Below, one piece after another: positions 1 through 11,277 of a stretch of DNA of 64,000 bases. The notes under the pieces were generated by a model. That model was given only the letters and a program-made list of their open reading frames with translations, ran no database searches and was not told the origin of the DNA. The DNA is from a virus, in IMG/VR virus record IMGVR_UViG_2757320370_000007, positions 1 through 64,000 of that record, one strand, 5' to 3'. A program made the translations under genes and the position numbers. Numbering within the stretch: the first letter of the stretch is position 1; the number at the start of each line of letters is the position of its first letter.

Positions 1-567
1 TCATCTTACACCTCTGTTAGTATATGTATTAATAGCCTCCGTTATAAATTCTTTCATATGATAGTGGTAATTAACTTTCTTTATAATTCCTTTGATTTCA
101 ATTCCAACCTCTTCACAAATTCTGATGGGAATACTACTCCTGTTGATTTTGCTTTTGTATTTATGTTCTTTAATTTGATTTTGAGCAACCTTTTGATAAT
201 CAACGAAATCATTAATATGTATAAAAAACACTCGATTAATCGGCTCTCTAAAATTCATTAGAAATCCAGATATAACATTTTCATATGTACTTGCTTCTAG
301 CAATTTATCAATCTGATGTTGTTTAATGATACTTTCATCGAAACTAAATCTATTCTCTTTAGTTGATTTAAGTTCTAACGTAAACAAGTGAGATCTAGCA
401 AACATCATACAGTCGTAATCGTTCTTCGTAACCTTCACGCGTTGCCTTAAATCGGGTGGTATAAAGGTGTCCTTGATTCTACTAAAAAATATCTTTTCCT
501 CACATTGCTTCACTGACTCTTGCAAGTTATCTTCAAATACCTTTCCTTCCTTTTTCTTCACAACCAT
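1..567 (-). CDS. recU: RecU-like Holliday junction resolvase (PD-(D/E)XK)
   Basis: GKVFE, YDC and LELKST motifs, IKQHQI..L. Confidence 0.8.
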   Translation of the reverse strand: MVVKKKEGKVFEDNLQESVKQCEEKIFFSRIKDTFIPPDLRQRVKVTKNDYDCMMFARSHLFTLELKSTKENRFSFDESIIKQHQIDKLLEASTYENVISGFLMNFREPINRVFFIHINDFVDYQKVAQNQIKEHKYKSKINRSSIPIRICEEVGIEIKGIIKKVNYHYHMKEFITEAINTYTNRGVR

Positions 568-719
568 TCAGACATTACCTTCAACCGTAGCAATTCATCA
601 AATCTACCCTCAACAATAAATCCACCACTATTATATTCGTTCAATTTTTTAATCATATATATTTTCAATTCTTCAACTAGGGCCATATTGTGTCCCACTA
701 AATTCATTAAATCACTCTC

Positions 720-983
720 CTATTCCTCATTAACAATGTCATCCAAAGTAACTGTTCTCGCTTGAACAGCTTTTTTAATGCAAAATATTTCATCGTGTAC
801 GCACATTCCATAGATGTCTAAGATTTCTCCTTCGGACACTTCATTGGGTGTTATGTCCACACCACATCCCGCACAAGTTGAATAATTAGTCACCTCCTTT
901 TCTTGTGGATCAGGGAACGCGTGTTTGTGTAAATCTGACTCAAACCTGTCTAAGTTGTTTGAATTATCATTATATTTATTCAT
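720..983 (-). CDS. Hypothetical protein with CxxC...CxH metal-binding motif
   Basis: ORF track; CAGC and CVHDEIFC. Confidence 0.55.
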   Translation of the reverse strand: MNKYNDNSNNLDRFESDLHKHAFPDPQEKEVTNYSTCAGCGVDITPNEVSEGEILDIYGMCVHDEIFCIKKAVQARTVTLDDIVNEE

Positions 984-1099
984 ATTTGTTCGTTTCTAAG
1001 AGATCAGATAAAACTTCAGTGACCACTTGGGCGTAGTAATCGTCTGTGAGCGGACGTTTTAGCAGTTTTTCAATGTTGGGCTTAGACATTTTGTTGATG

Positions 1100-3127
1100 T
1101 TATTGAGTGATTGATTTTGAGTCATTGTTGTTGGTCTCCTCTTCTTTTATATTTTTATTACTATCAATATATTTTGTGTAACCAGTAATCCATACCTCCA
1201 TCTGATCTGTTTCAATAAACTGTCCATTTCCATCAGGAACAGATTTTAACTTCTTCTTATGTTCAGTGATTTCTATTAAATTACCCTTTTCTATTTTCAG
1301 TTTCTTATCTTTGCAATTAAACGTTTTCTTATCCATTTTGAAAATATATGTATTACCTTTTTGAACATTATACAGTGAAAGTTTTGGACTATACTTGATA
1401 TCAATATCTGTAACAACACACCATGAAGATTCGATTTTTGGATATTTTACATCTGCATATCCCATATGCTCTATTTGGGTCATAACGACATCGTGTGGAA
1501 GGAGTTCGGGAATATCATTCTTTCTTAACTTAAGCTCAATTTCCAATAACTTCTCAATTCTTATGGCTAGTGTTTTTTCTACATAAGTTGTTTTATATTT
1601 AAACTCGCCATTTATAAATTCATCATAAATCTTCAACAGTAGTCCACTATGTCCGAACATATCAAAATAATTTAATTTTATTAATATCTTTATTTGTCTT
1701 GTGTTTACAGACGTATTTTTTGTAAGATGAATTAGTAGTTCGATAAATGTGTCATATGTATTTTCACTAGATTCAAATAGTTCATTTGCTATTTTTGTAC
1801 TCATGAATTTTATTCCTGATAAATCAGCATAAATTGTATTCTTCTTCTCATCGGCAACAAAACTTCTATTATCGGTTCCAAATTTTACACCACCATCAAT
1901 AATGCCAAATCCTTTTTGCATCTCATCTTTCAATAATCCAACTTTTTCTTTATTCTTCTTTTCAGCAAAATGACGTAGAGAAGATTCATAAAAATAAACC
2001 GGATAATGACTTTTGAGATATGCACAATAGACTGAATCTAATGCATAGCTATAGGCATGCGACGCATTAAATCCATATCCTGACGAATCTTCTATAATTT
2101 TCCATACTTTACTACTCATCTCTAAGGCTTCTTCTATCGTCACAGATTCTCTTTCCATAATTTTGTCACTAAACCCTTTAATGAATCTATCCTTGAGAGG
2201 TCTAACAACTGCTGGCTTCTTTTTACTAATCGCTTTTATAATTCCATATGTTTCATCTGACGGGAATCCTGCATAGGCAAGAGTAGCCATCGTTTGTTCT
2301 TGGTATAGTACAAAAGAGTTTTTCATTTCTTCTGTTTGTATAAGATCATCAAAACTACTGATTCCATATGAGAATGGTTTTCTAGATTCAAAAGTGTGAT
2401 ACATTGATTTAAATGAAGGACGAATCGCCGCAATAAATGCTGTTAATTCTGATATGTTAACAGGATGATACTTCTTTACTTTTTGAGTAGTAGAATATTT
2501 CTCAACCTGATTAACTCCTACGGTTAAGCCATTTGCATAAATATCCCATACTTTATTATTGTCTCTGATAACATTAAGCAATTCTGTTTCTGTATGGATT
2601 GGAATCCCGATTCTTTTATATGTATCATGAGTCGTCTTTACAACGTCCACTTTAAGCAAGTCGTTTTTTAGGAATTTATTTCTTTCTGCAATTTCTCCAT
2701 CAATGAGAACAGCAATGACTTCTTTCTTAGTTGATTCACTCTTTATACGAATAAGACCTATCTCTTCTCTGATATTTCCTTGATATAATAAATGCGCACA
2801 AGGATGAGGCTTTTTGTCGGATATAATACCAGTGTATTTTTCACTCTCCTTGATGAGTGGATGATATTTTTCTTCAACAAAATCATAAACATCAATTAAA
2901 TCTTTTTCATCATCTTCTGCATACTTCAATTCGCCCTCATACTTATCGAGTTGCTTTGATATTTCATTGGCAATTTCAAACGGTAGATTTTGAGACTTTG
3001 CATACATTTTAAATCCAGACTTAATTTTAAATGTTCCGTACGCAATCATGGGAAATGCATGACCTTCACCCAATACTTTATCTTGAGCTGCAATGAATAC
3101 TTCTGGGTTTCCTAGATTCAAATCCAA
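1100..3127 (-). CDS. dnaE: DNA polymerase III alpha (DnaE/YorL-like), exon 2
   Basis: Starts LDLN, completing the PD-LD catalytic motif; KNDLL, IRP, LYQEQ, YGFNASHAYSY, YLKSHYP. Confidence 0.93.
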   Translation of the reverse strand: MDLNLGNPEVFIAAQDKVLGEGHAFPMIAYGTFKIKSGFKMYAKSQNLPFEIANEISKQLDKYEGELKYAEDDEKDLIDVYDFVEEKYHPLIKESEKYTGIISDKKPHPCAHLLYQGNIREEIGLIRIKSESTKKEVIAVLIDGEIAERNKFLKNDLLKVDVVKTTHDTYKRIGIPIHTETELLNVIRDNNKVWDIYANGLTVGVNQVEKYSTTQKVKKYHPVNISELTAFIAAIRPSFKSMYHTFESRKPFSYGISSFDDLIQTEEMKNSFVLYQEQTMATLAYAGFPSDETYGIIKAISKKKPAVVRPLKDRFIKGFSDKIMERESVTIEEALEMSSKVWKIIEDSSGYGFNASHAYSYALDSVYCAYLKSHYPVYFYESSLRHFAEKKNKEKVGLLKDEMQKGFGIIDGGVKFGTDNRSFVADEKKNTIYADLSGIKFMSTKIANELFESSENTYDTFIELLIHLTKNTSVNTRQIKILIKLNYFDMFGHSGLLLKIYDEFINGEFKYKTTYVEKTLAIRIEKLLEIELKLRKNDIPELLPHDVVMTQIEHMGYADVKYPKIESSWCVVTDIDIKYSPKLSLYNVQKGNTYIFKMDKKTFNCKDKKLKIEKGNLIEITEHKKKLKSVPDGNGQFIETDQMEVWITGYTKYIDSNKNIKEEETNNNDSKSITQ

Positions 3128-4416
3128 CCTTTATACCGTCCCTTTCGGGATATTTTTATTTGAACATATAAAAATGTTCACGGAGTAGACTATACCATCA
3201 TCTCTTTAAATATGAGATGTCCCTTGGTAGTCGTTGAGACCTTCCCTTTTAAGGGCTATGTCTGCGGATTATCCAATCCTTAATCTTATTACTATACCTT
3301 GGGCATTACCCCTTGCCATCATAAAATTTCTCTTATGATTTAGTAATTAAGGCTCTCAGGAACTTCCCGCATATTCAGGATTTTCACATAACATCACTGC
3401 TATGTGCGACTATTTTTATCAATTATAGAATAATGATAACCCATATATTCTTCGCCAGTTTTTAGTATCTTATTTAACATTTTTTGTCCAATAGAAAGGA
3501 TATCTCTTAATTGTTTTTTAGTTTCATAAATAATGCCATCTTCTAATCTAATAATTGGAATCATATTTGGTGTTTCTATCAAGCATTCTATATAATATTT
3601 TTCTCTATTCGATTCATTACTAAAAAATTCAAGATTTTCGTATTTTATTGATACCCAATGAAGACCTGCACATGTTCTAGTTTTGCAGTCGATGGCTACG
3701 GTAAAACTGGCCTCATGCTTTACGCTATATTTTTCTTTGGCTAATCCTATGTAATCAAATATTTCTCCAGTTTCAATGCACATGACTTTTTTTGCTTTAG
3801 GATTGTTCTTACCCTTTGATAGTTCATTTTGTTTTCTTAACATGCTCAGATGATTTTTTTGTTCTTTTGTCCATCTATTATTAAAATTTCCGTTATTCTT
3901 ACCGCTGGTCTTCTCTGATAATTTCAACCGAAACTCTTTGCTTTGATAAGCACCATTAGGATCATTTCTGTATTGTGTTTGACGACTACGATATGATTCA
4001 TCGTTCCATCTATTTATTGACTTTTCGCTTATATTATTTTTACTTGCTTCGGAATGATGTAATCCAGATACACCGTCTCCTCCATCTGTTTGATTCGTAA
4101 TTCTAAAATCCGAATTATCTCGATAAAATTTTATAAGTTCTTTTTCTTTGCTGAAGGCATCTTTTTCAGAAAGACTATCATAAATTATTCGATGACTCCA
4201 ATCATGGGTAGTCTTCATATCTTCACAAAATTGATTCCTTTTACCTGTGACTGCCCGATTTCCCTTTCCTTTACCAACATAAAACACTTCTTGAGTATTT
4301 TCTATATAATACTCATAAACAAAATAATTATTTTCAACTATCAATTACGCTTATCGATACTCCTATCTTTTGGCGAAGAATATTAGGTTATCAAAGATCA
4401 TAATTGATTCGCGTCA
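3128..4416 (-). ncRNA. Group I self-splicing intron in dnaE (1289 nt)
   Basis: 5' exon ends CCCGAU, intron ends in G (3128). Minus-strand core elements UGCGGGAA, AAUCCGCAG, CUCAACGACUA, GGUAUAGUCUA; P2 hairpin CACAUAGCA-GUGA-UGUUAUGUG; IGS GUCG pairs with exon CGAU. Removal restores SLPD-LDLN in frame. Confidence 0.92.
3400..4344 (-). CDS. Intron-encoded GIY-YIG homing endonuclease with NUMOD-type DNA-binding repeats
   Basis: YFVY...FYVGKG..R, AFSKEKELI, NQTDGGDG, HSEASK, GKNNP, KKVMCIETGEIF. Confidence 0.88.
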   Translation of the reverse strand: MIVENNYFVYEYYIENTQEVFYVGKGKGNRAVTGKRNQFCEDMKTTHDWSHRIIYDSLSEKDAFSKEKELIKFYRDNSDFRITNQTDGGDGVSGLHHSEASKNNISEKSINRWNDESYRSRQTQYRNDPNGAYQSKEFRLKLSEKTSGKNNGNFNNRWTKEQKNHLSMLRKQNELSKGKNNPKAKKVMCIETGEIFDYIGLAKEKYSVKHEASFTVAIDCKTRTCAGLHWVSIKYENLEFFSNESNREKYYIECLIETPNMIPIIRLEDGIIYETKKQLRDILSIGQKMLNKILKTGEEYMGYHYSIIDKNSRT

Positions 4417-5634
4417 ATCGGGTAGCGATTTCGTCTCTAAAATACGACTCTCACTCATAAATCTTTCAGGGTATAAGTGTACTGGAGCAGATATTCTATC
4501 CACCTTAGAGAAGCCCAGAAGCGTATTAGTATAGAAGGATACTCCAGATCCACGACCAGTAGATGTAATGATCCCACCCATATTAACTGCTTCCTTTATG
4601 ATCTCATGATCAATTAGAAAATAATCGGACATTCCAGTGTTAACAACTACCGTTCCTTCTTTTCTAATCTCGTCTACATAATATGCATGTTTCTCTGGCA
4701 GGATTAGCTTCTTTGCCTCTCTCCAACTGTCATTAATAAGCATCTTGTACTTATAATCTCGCTCATCTTGAGTTAGTTCAGGATAAAGTGTGGGAAGTTT
4801 AATATCTTTACTAAAAACTTTAATTATGTTTGAGTCATAATCATCAAAATCCATAAACAATAAAGTGTTATTAATAGCCCTATCAATCTGTTCTTCAGAT
4901 AAGATACCTTGTTCCATAAATCTTCTTTTTAATGTTTCTCCATCTGGATAGTCCATGAACCATCCTTCTTCATTTTCATAAATAATACCCTTTGACTCAA
5001 GCACATTATCTCTATCTATTGCCTGTTCTGGATAGATAAAATGACTATCGCATCCAGCAATCAATTCAATATTGTGTTTAGCAGCCAAGTCTAATATCCG
5101 TCCATGTAGTTCCTTCTGAGGTTCTGTATGATGGGCTTGAACTTCCATCATAAAGTTTTTGCCAAAATATGAATGAAGGTCACTTACAATTTTATCAATG
5201 TCCTCATATTGCCAAAAAGCGATGCATGCAGACGTTACGAAAACTTCATTTGGGTCAACGGTAGATAATAAGTTTAAATCAATCCGTGGTCTGTAATAGT
5301 ATCCTGTCTCATTTGCCTCTGAGAGAATACGGTTAATGTCACGTCTTCCCTTTTCCGATTTTGCAAATATACAGATATGGCCGTTCGTTTTATCTTTCTC
5401 AAGTCTATCCTTAACCCAATATGCCTCAGTTCCAAATATGAATTTAAGATTTTCTCTCTTGGCTACATCATATGTATCAAAATATCTACCTTGAAATCCA
5501 TGTTCCATGCTACATAATATCTTATGATCAAGTTCTTTAGATCGTTTTACATAATCATCAATTTTAACTGAACTGTCTGGTACGAAGATGTTTGAGTAGT
5601 CTCGATGATTATGATAATTACAGTAGATGCACAA
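4417..5634 (-). CDS. dnaE: DNA polymerase III alpha (DnaE), exon 1 with PHP domain
   Basis: YHNHRDYS, EHG, GTEAY, DSHF, GRGSG, PERF, ends SLPD. Confidence 0.93.
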
Positions 5635-5890
5635 GTTAGTTAACGACTCCTTTCTTATATATCTTTACGAAATATTGATTTGATCAAATCTTTAGTTATT
5701 GATCTTTGCTAATTGCATTTGCAAAATAGCTAATAAAATCAACACAATACTCAAATCGGAACGACTGAGAAGAACTAATAAAATTGAAAATGAAGCAACA
5801 ATCCAGAAGTATAAATTTTTGATTAAATTCACCCTCTCTATTCATCATTATATTTATTAATCTATGTATAGAACAGGCGTTACCCCGTTC

Positions 5891-6148
5891 TCATATTCCC
5901 AATAAAAACTCATCTATACTGTTGTCTAAAACTTCATCTGGTATTGATTCAGTGGCTGTATTTAATTCAAACACTTCACTATCAACAACTACACCTTTAC
6001 TCCTAATCCTGTCTCCACCAGAAAACATCAATCTCAATGCCTCTCTAACTACATCACTTCTATCCTTGTGCTTGGGTAATTGTTCAAACGCCTTTATTAA
6101 ATCTTCATCTTTATCCGGTCTCAACCTTGCTCTCGCTACTATTTCCAT
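5891..6148 (-). CDS. Ribbon-helix-helix protein, ParR-like adaptor
   Basis: ARLR...RSDVVREALR; overlaps the 3' end of the actin-like gene. Confidence 0.7.
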   Translation of the reverse strand: MEIVARARLRPDKDEDLIKAFEQLPKHKDRSDVVREALRLMFSGGDRIRSKGVVVDSEVFELNTATESIPDEVLDNSIDEFLLGI

Positions 6149-7083
6149 ATACGAGCACCTATCTTTCCGTATCCTCTAATCTGGGACAATTGATCAAAAA
6201 GGATTTTATTGGGTAGGTTTAAATAGTTGTATATGAACCGTGCAGCACCTCCGCCAATTAAATAATGATCAAATCGAATATTCAAACTCTCAATTTCATT
6301 TTGTATTTGCTGTGCCAACGCTTTGAATGCTTTGTTTATCAGTGGTTTAATATCCATTCCTTCATATACACCGGATACAACGTGTTGATCCATTTCATAC
6401 TTTGCCGGAGACTTTCCTATAGAAGCATGTAAATAACTCTGCAATAACTTGTATGCATTTTCTACACCCAATAGCAAGCCAGCCGATTCTTTCATAATCT
6501 CCATCTTGTCTAAGCCAAGTAATCCAAGAGTATAAAACCCCAAATCCACAGCCAATATTTTTGATTTGGCTACCCTATGTTTTTCTATGCTTCCATCTTG
6601 ATTTAATATATAATCCATAGCAATACCATATCCTTGAGGAACAACTTTACATCTGTTTATGATAAGTTTGATTTGATTGTTACTATTTTTACCTTTACGA
6701 ATATTATATGTACCGACTTCATTCAAACTAATTATCTTATTTTCAAATTCGCTCTTCTGTTTAAAATAAAAATTTAATGGTAATCCGGTTAATAAATTAA
6801 TAGGATTCGATCTGCTGATAGCTCCAATTGCTGTCTTAAGAATGATATCGCTTGTTTTAGCTTCAGCCTTATTATTGTTCATTGAAAAATACTTGATGTC
6901 GCTATGACGTAATGCCAATTTCCCTACGAACATCTCATCATCAAAGACATAATCATCTGCTTTAATGTTCATGTCGAACATCGGTTTTGATTCTCCAATA
7001 ATTGATGGCTGCAAATACGATCTCTTACCGTTTCTACCCTTAGTCCAACTAAATCCTAAATCAATTTCACAATTATCGATCAA
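6139..7083 (-). CDS. ParM/StbA-family actin-like ATPase
   Basis: IDLGFSWTK, TGLP, VVPQG, VDLGFYT, IGGGA; likely TTG start at 7083 after GGGAGG. Confidence 0.85.
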   Translation of the reverse strand: MIDNCEIDLGFSWTKGRNGKRSYLQPSIIGESKPMFDMNIKADDYVFDDEMFVGKLALRHSDIKYFSMNNNKAEAKTSDIILKTAIGAISRSNPINLLTGLPLNFYFKQKSEFENKIISLNEVGTYNIRKGKNSNNQIKLIINRCKVVPQGYGIAMDYILNQDGSIEKHRVAKSKILAVDLGFYTLGLLGLDKMEIMKESAGLLLGVENAYKLLQSYLHASIGKSPAKYEMDQHVVSGVYEGMDIKPLINKAFKALAQQIQNEIESLNIRFDHYLIGGGAARFIYNYLNLPNKILFDQLSQIRGYGKIGARIWK

Positions 7084-7161
7084 GGTATAATCCTCCCATG
7101 TGTATAGATTTGGCTCATCTTGTATAGATGGGTATACATGTAGCCTTAAGCCCATAAGAGA

Positions 7162-7200
7162 ATTATACCACGCATTATTTAATATGTATATGTTTACTTT
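7162..7200 (-). promoter_or_regulatory. Phage-type promoter AAAGTAAACA-TATACA-N17-TATAAT driving parM/parR
   Basis: Same architecture recurs at 14891, 30993, 45027 and 63051. Confidence 0.75.
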
Positions 7201-7260
7201 ATTGATTATTCACTCTTGATAAAATCTGTATTTTACGACATTTTAGTGGTCATAAAACCC

Positions 7261-7647
7261 TTATAAATCAATGGTTTCTATCTTCTCAACATTAGTCATT
7301 TTGAAAAATGAAGGAGTGTAACTGAATTCTTCCATCCATTTTACTAAAACCTCATTCAATCTCTCTTCCAAGATTTCTGAATGTTCGGATTTCACATCGC
7401 ATAAATAATCTTCAGCAATTTCAGAACCAATTTCAGAACTTACATTTTCATGGATGTCCTCTAAGATATTATCAACATTGACTCCGACTCCGCAATTATT
7501 AGGTTCAATCTGTCCTACCCAAAATGATTCTCCTTCATAATAATCAACGCCGAGTTTGATTGCCTTTTCTTTAGTATCTAAATAATCAGATGTCCCCCAA
7601 GCACCATCTTCACATTTGTTATACATCCACTGTCCTTCTTTAAACAT
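7261..7647 (-). CDS. Phage hypothetical protein
   Basis: ORF track; GAGGAG RBS favours a start near MFKEG. Confidence 0.65.
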   Translation of the reverse strand: MFKEGQWMYNKCEDGAWGTSDYLDTKEKAIKLGVDYYEGESFWVGQIEPNNCGVGVNVDNILEDIHENVSSEIGSEIAEDYLCDVKSEHSEILEERLNEVLVKWMEEFSYTPSFFKMTNVEKIETIDL

Positions 7648-7974
7648 AATCTGCATTCTCCTCTTATTTATTACTTTATGCTCCAATATTGTGTAGCACA
7701 GATTCAATTTCGCCAATCAAATCTCTGGTTTCTTTCATTGAATTATCATACCTAGTCCATCCATCTTCTTCCATTACATCAATCCACTCCTCCAAGTCAT
7801 TTTTTGCATTATTCAACAATCTAACAACATCTTCGATTTGGTCAATAAGTCTCATTTGCTAAACTCCTTTTTTTGTTAATTATTTTTAAGACATGGCTTA
7901 AATATTCTTCGGATATTTCGTATTCGATAAATGAATGAGCTACATCCACTAGCACACCTCTCTTAATTTTATAT

Positions 7975-8574
7975 TTACTTTAATTTCAAACCGATTTTAG
8001 TAACAGCAATACCTCTTTTGTTTAATTCATATTTTATATATGCCTCACTAGGATTGAACCAATCTAATTTCGCTTCTGTAAAAGCAGTGAAAATAAAGGT
8101 AAATGTAATTAACCGCTCTCTCTCATTATTCAATAACCGTAAAACTTTTTCGCAAAATGATTCGGTTTTAATGATAATATCCTTTTGATATTCTATAAGT
8201 TTTTGCTCCTTAGTGCTAATATCAAAAGACTCGATATAATTTAATTTTTCTTGATAAATCTTATCCACTTTTAGTTTGTTGTATTTAGGTTTCATACTAT
8301 TAATGTAATGTGATTCATATAAATCAAGCGAGAAATCAGATTCAACATTGCAGGTTCTGTAGTATTTTATCTCTCCACTAAATAAATGTGTATGTGTCTT
8401 TCCATTAATGTGATCATTAATTCTTTTGAAAAGGTTTTTTGTTTTGCCTATATATATTAAATTAATTTCGTCATCAAAGAAGAAATAAAGCCCTCTTTTC
8501 TTAGGGAGAGTATGTCTGAAAATCGCTGAATTATTCAGCATAGTGAATTTAGGTACATCGAAATTCAAATCCAA
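7975..8574 (-). CDS. Free-standing GIY-YIG nuclease (UvrC-N-like)
   Basis: GLYFF...IYIGKTKNLFKRINDH, E and PKYN motifs. Confidence 0.8.
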   Translation of the reverse strand: MDLNFDVPKFTMLNNSAIFRHTLPKKRGLYFFFDDEINLIYIGKTKNLFKRINDHINGKTHTHLFSGEIKYYRTCNVESDFSLDLYESHYINSMKPKYNKLKVDKIYQEKLNYIESFDISTKEQKLIEYQKDIIIKTESFCEKVLRLLNNERERLITFTFIFTAFTEAKLDWFNPSEAYIKYELNKRGIAVTKIGLKLK

Positions 8575-8624
8575 TCATTAATCCTCCTATTTTTCTTTAT
8601 AAAAGCAGCCTTTTAAAACGAAAG

Positions 8625-9140
8625 TTATACCTTTAATTCTCCATTAATATATTTGCCTTTTTCAATCTTCAGATCTAATCCAAGAGACTTTATCTGTGCT
8701 ATTGCAGCATCATCAATTACCCCTCTTACAACTTTTCCGTGTTGTATTTTAATCAGACTGATGTAACATAGATGTCTCCATCCTTCATCTACTATCTTTC
8801 CTTCTCTTCTTAGCGTCTCTATTTCCAGTAAAGTTTTGTATTCGTAATCATTCAAGTTGTTTTCAACACGACAACCATATAAAATTGACTCTCCATTGAC
8901 TTCTATATATGTATTATTCTCCAGCAAGTAATACTCACCAATTTTATTAACTTCATTATATAAGCCTTTAAGCTCTCTTCTAAATGCATAAGCGTCTCTA
9001 TTAGCATAGTGAAAAGTGTGTAGCTGTCCATCTTTCATCGCAACGGTAAAATAGGTGTGATCGCCTTGATCGCTAAACCTTCCTCCCACTCCCCTTACTG
9101 ACGCTATATCTACAATCTTAATTGTGTTCCAATATTCCAT
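8625..9140 (-). CDS. Hypothetical protein (single-gene cassette between sites 8599 and 9165)
   Basis: ORF with GAGGAG RBS. Confidence 0.7.
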   Translation of the reverse strand: MEYWNTIKIVDIASVRGVGGRFSDQGDHTYFTVAMKDGQLHTFHYANRDAYAFRRELKGLYNEVNKIGEYYLLENNTYIEVNGESILYGCRVENNLNDYEYKTLLEIETLRREGKIVDEGWRHLCYISLIKIQHGKVVRGVIDDAAIAQIKSLGLDLKIEKGKYINGELKV

Positions 9141-9444
9141 TTTACTCTTCTCCTCTTCTTTCGTATGAAATCATCTTTCATCACTCATACATATTACATT
9201 CTTTTGTACTTATTTATATTTTTAACACTGATAATTATCATGATTACACTCATAACGCCCCAAAACCAAGGAGTTGTGGTATTGGGTTTCACTACACTCA
9301 GAACAAAACATGAAACACTTATTACAGTAACCAATAAAATTAATACCAAGTCTCCAATATCAAAAAATTTATCAAATTTAGTTCTTCTCACACTCTTTTT
9401 TATCTCCTTTCCCTACTGGTTTACGAAACATAGATTTGGTGAGG

Positions 9445-11277
9445 TCAAGCAATAGCCAGTGTATTAATAATCCGTTCGTATAGATCATCTGGTTTTTTAT
9501 TGTTCTCAAAGTTAATCAAGTGCAGTTCTCGAACAATTTCTTTCAAATTAAACAAAATGAACTTGTAATCCTCGATATCTAAATTATCATCCAAGTCATT
9601 TCTCAAGTTAGTCTTGTCAATAACCGTTCTATCGATATAAATCTTATTATTTTTAGCATCATGAATGGCAGTGAATTTATCTTCAATTGCTTCAATAGTA
9701 TGGTTTAATACCTCTACAGATGTTTCTTTGAGAACCATCAAATCACCAATGGCAAAAACATTTCTATTGAATCCAACCATACGACTAATCATATCAAGTA
9801 GCATCATGGCTCTTCCTTCGGTGCTTTGTAATTCTGTGTTTGATAAAGATGCTCTAATTTTAGTTTTTTCAGTAAGTTGTGAGATATGGACAATGCTTTG
9901 TTCTTTTCCTAAAAGTTCAAGAACACTGCTTTCAAACTTATTTCTCGATACGATGATTTTTAGTTTATAATATTCAGCAATCTTAAATTTGTCCTCTTGT
10001 TCAATTACTTGATCAAACCCTAACCAAAACACTGGCTCGGAGTCAAAATCAATTTGTTTACCCTTCTTCTCTTCTAGTTTATCTCCATCAATTTCAGGTT
10101 CGCTTCGTCCACCAGAGCTACCTTCGTCCCCTCTCCAAGACCGAACGCCTTCTGCTTGTGGGGCTTTACTTTTTACATCTGATTCTATCTCAATTTCGTC
10201 GTAATTAGACTCTGATTGTTTTGCTGCCTTAGAGTTAAGAAATACTTCATACTGGTTGATTGTTTTCATTTCTACATTGTCGCGTTTAGCCAGTGCAATA
10301 CCACTCAGGTATTTTGAGTCCTTTTCATCTTCGGTGTTAAAAATCAAGAATGTCATTTCATTCTTCAATTTTTCTTTGTCTGCATAGTAAGAAATTGAGT
10401 CAATATGATTATCTATGTATTTTTGTTCTCCGGTTAGGAAACTGTTATTTGCTAGTTCTTGAATATATGTTTTAACACTTTTCAAGAAATCATAATATTT
10501 ATTATCTCTGATAATATCTTTGCGATCAGGAGAGGTTAGATTAAGCGTTTTATCTGTGATGTGTAAGTCGCCTTTTACATAGTAGAGATTTTCAAGTTTA
10601 GTTACGAAACGCCCCTTATAAAATACATTCAAATCTTGACAAAATCCGGTATGTAGAGCAATCCAACCTTTAAGCGTTTCATCGTTTATTTTACTATTAA
10701 ACACACTTCCATCACCTTCGGTTAAATCCTTCTTTTCTTGGAGTTTACCATCGCAATAAATATCCAACTCATGAATATATTTACCAAGCATCTCCACTCG
10801 TTCTCGAATGCTTGATGAACTTACTTGACTAAAATCAAAGTTATTTAAGATTAGTTTAAAACCATCGTATGTATCACCAATATCATTTACTTCAATCTCA
10901 GTCTTATTATTCTGGATCATATCGGAAACGTTAAAGATGATATGCTTGTTACCTGTAAACACTTCAATATAGTCGCTCACCGTAATATTGCTAAAGAATC
11001 CCATTCCGAAAGGTGATTCTGATTTTTGAATGTCTTCATCCCATTCCGATTCAGCGATTGAGAATAGTGCTTGTGGATTAAGAAGAATCTTGCCGTTATT
11101 TTCAATGGTAACTTTGTCGTTGTAATAATCGACACTAACCTTTACCTCGGTGGCTTTTGCACGTTGAGCATTTTGAATATCTTCATCTAGAAATGAAAGT
11201 TTGTCTTTGAACGTACTTTGGCGCAAGAGTTTTAACTGATTGATTACATTTACCTTAACTTCTACTGGATTTGTCAT
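9445..11277 (-). CDS. GHKL (HATPase_c/Hsp90-like) domain protein
   Basis: EDIQNAQRA N-box, ENNG, FGMGFFS, long C-terminal region. Confidence 0.75.
   Translation of the reverse strand: MTNPVEVKVNVINQLKLLRQSTFKDKLSFLDEDIQNAQRAKATEVKVSVDYYNDKVTIENNGKILLNPQALFSIAESEWDEDIQKSESPFGMGFFSNITVSDYIEVFTGNKHIIFNVSDMIQNNKTEIEVNDIGDTYDGFKLILNNFDFSQVSSSSIRERVEMLGKYIHELDIYCDGKLQEKKDLTEGDGSVFNSKINDETLKGWIALHTGFCQDLNVFYKGRFVTKLENLYYVKGDLHITDKTLNLTSPDRKDIIRDNKYYDFLKSVKTYIQELANNSFLTGEQKYIDNHIDSISYYADKEKLKNEMTFLIFNTEDEKDSKYLSGIALAKRDNVEMKTINQYEVFLNSKAAKQSESNYDEIEIESDVKSKAPQAEGVRSWRGDEGSSGGRSEPEIDGDKLEEKKGKQIDFDSEPVFWLGFDQVIEQEDKFKIAEYYKLKIIVSRNKFESSVLELLGKEQSIVHISQLTEKTKIRASLSNTELQSTEGRAMMLLDMISRMVGFNRNVFAIGDLMVLKETSVEVLNHTIEAIEDKFTAIHDAKNNKIYIDRTVIDKTNLRNDLDDNLDIEDYKFILFNLKEIVRELHLINFENNKKPDDLYERIINTLAIA

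Noticed and set aside
1100-5634. dnaE as a pseudogene or split-intein gene
   Set aside because: Group I core motifs and exact frame restoration explain the split; no intein termini seen
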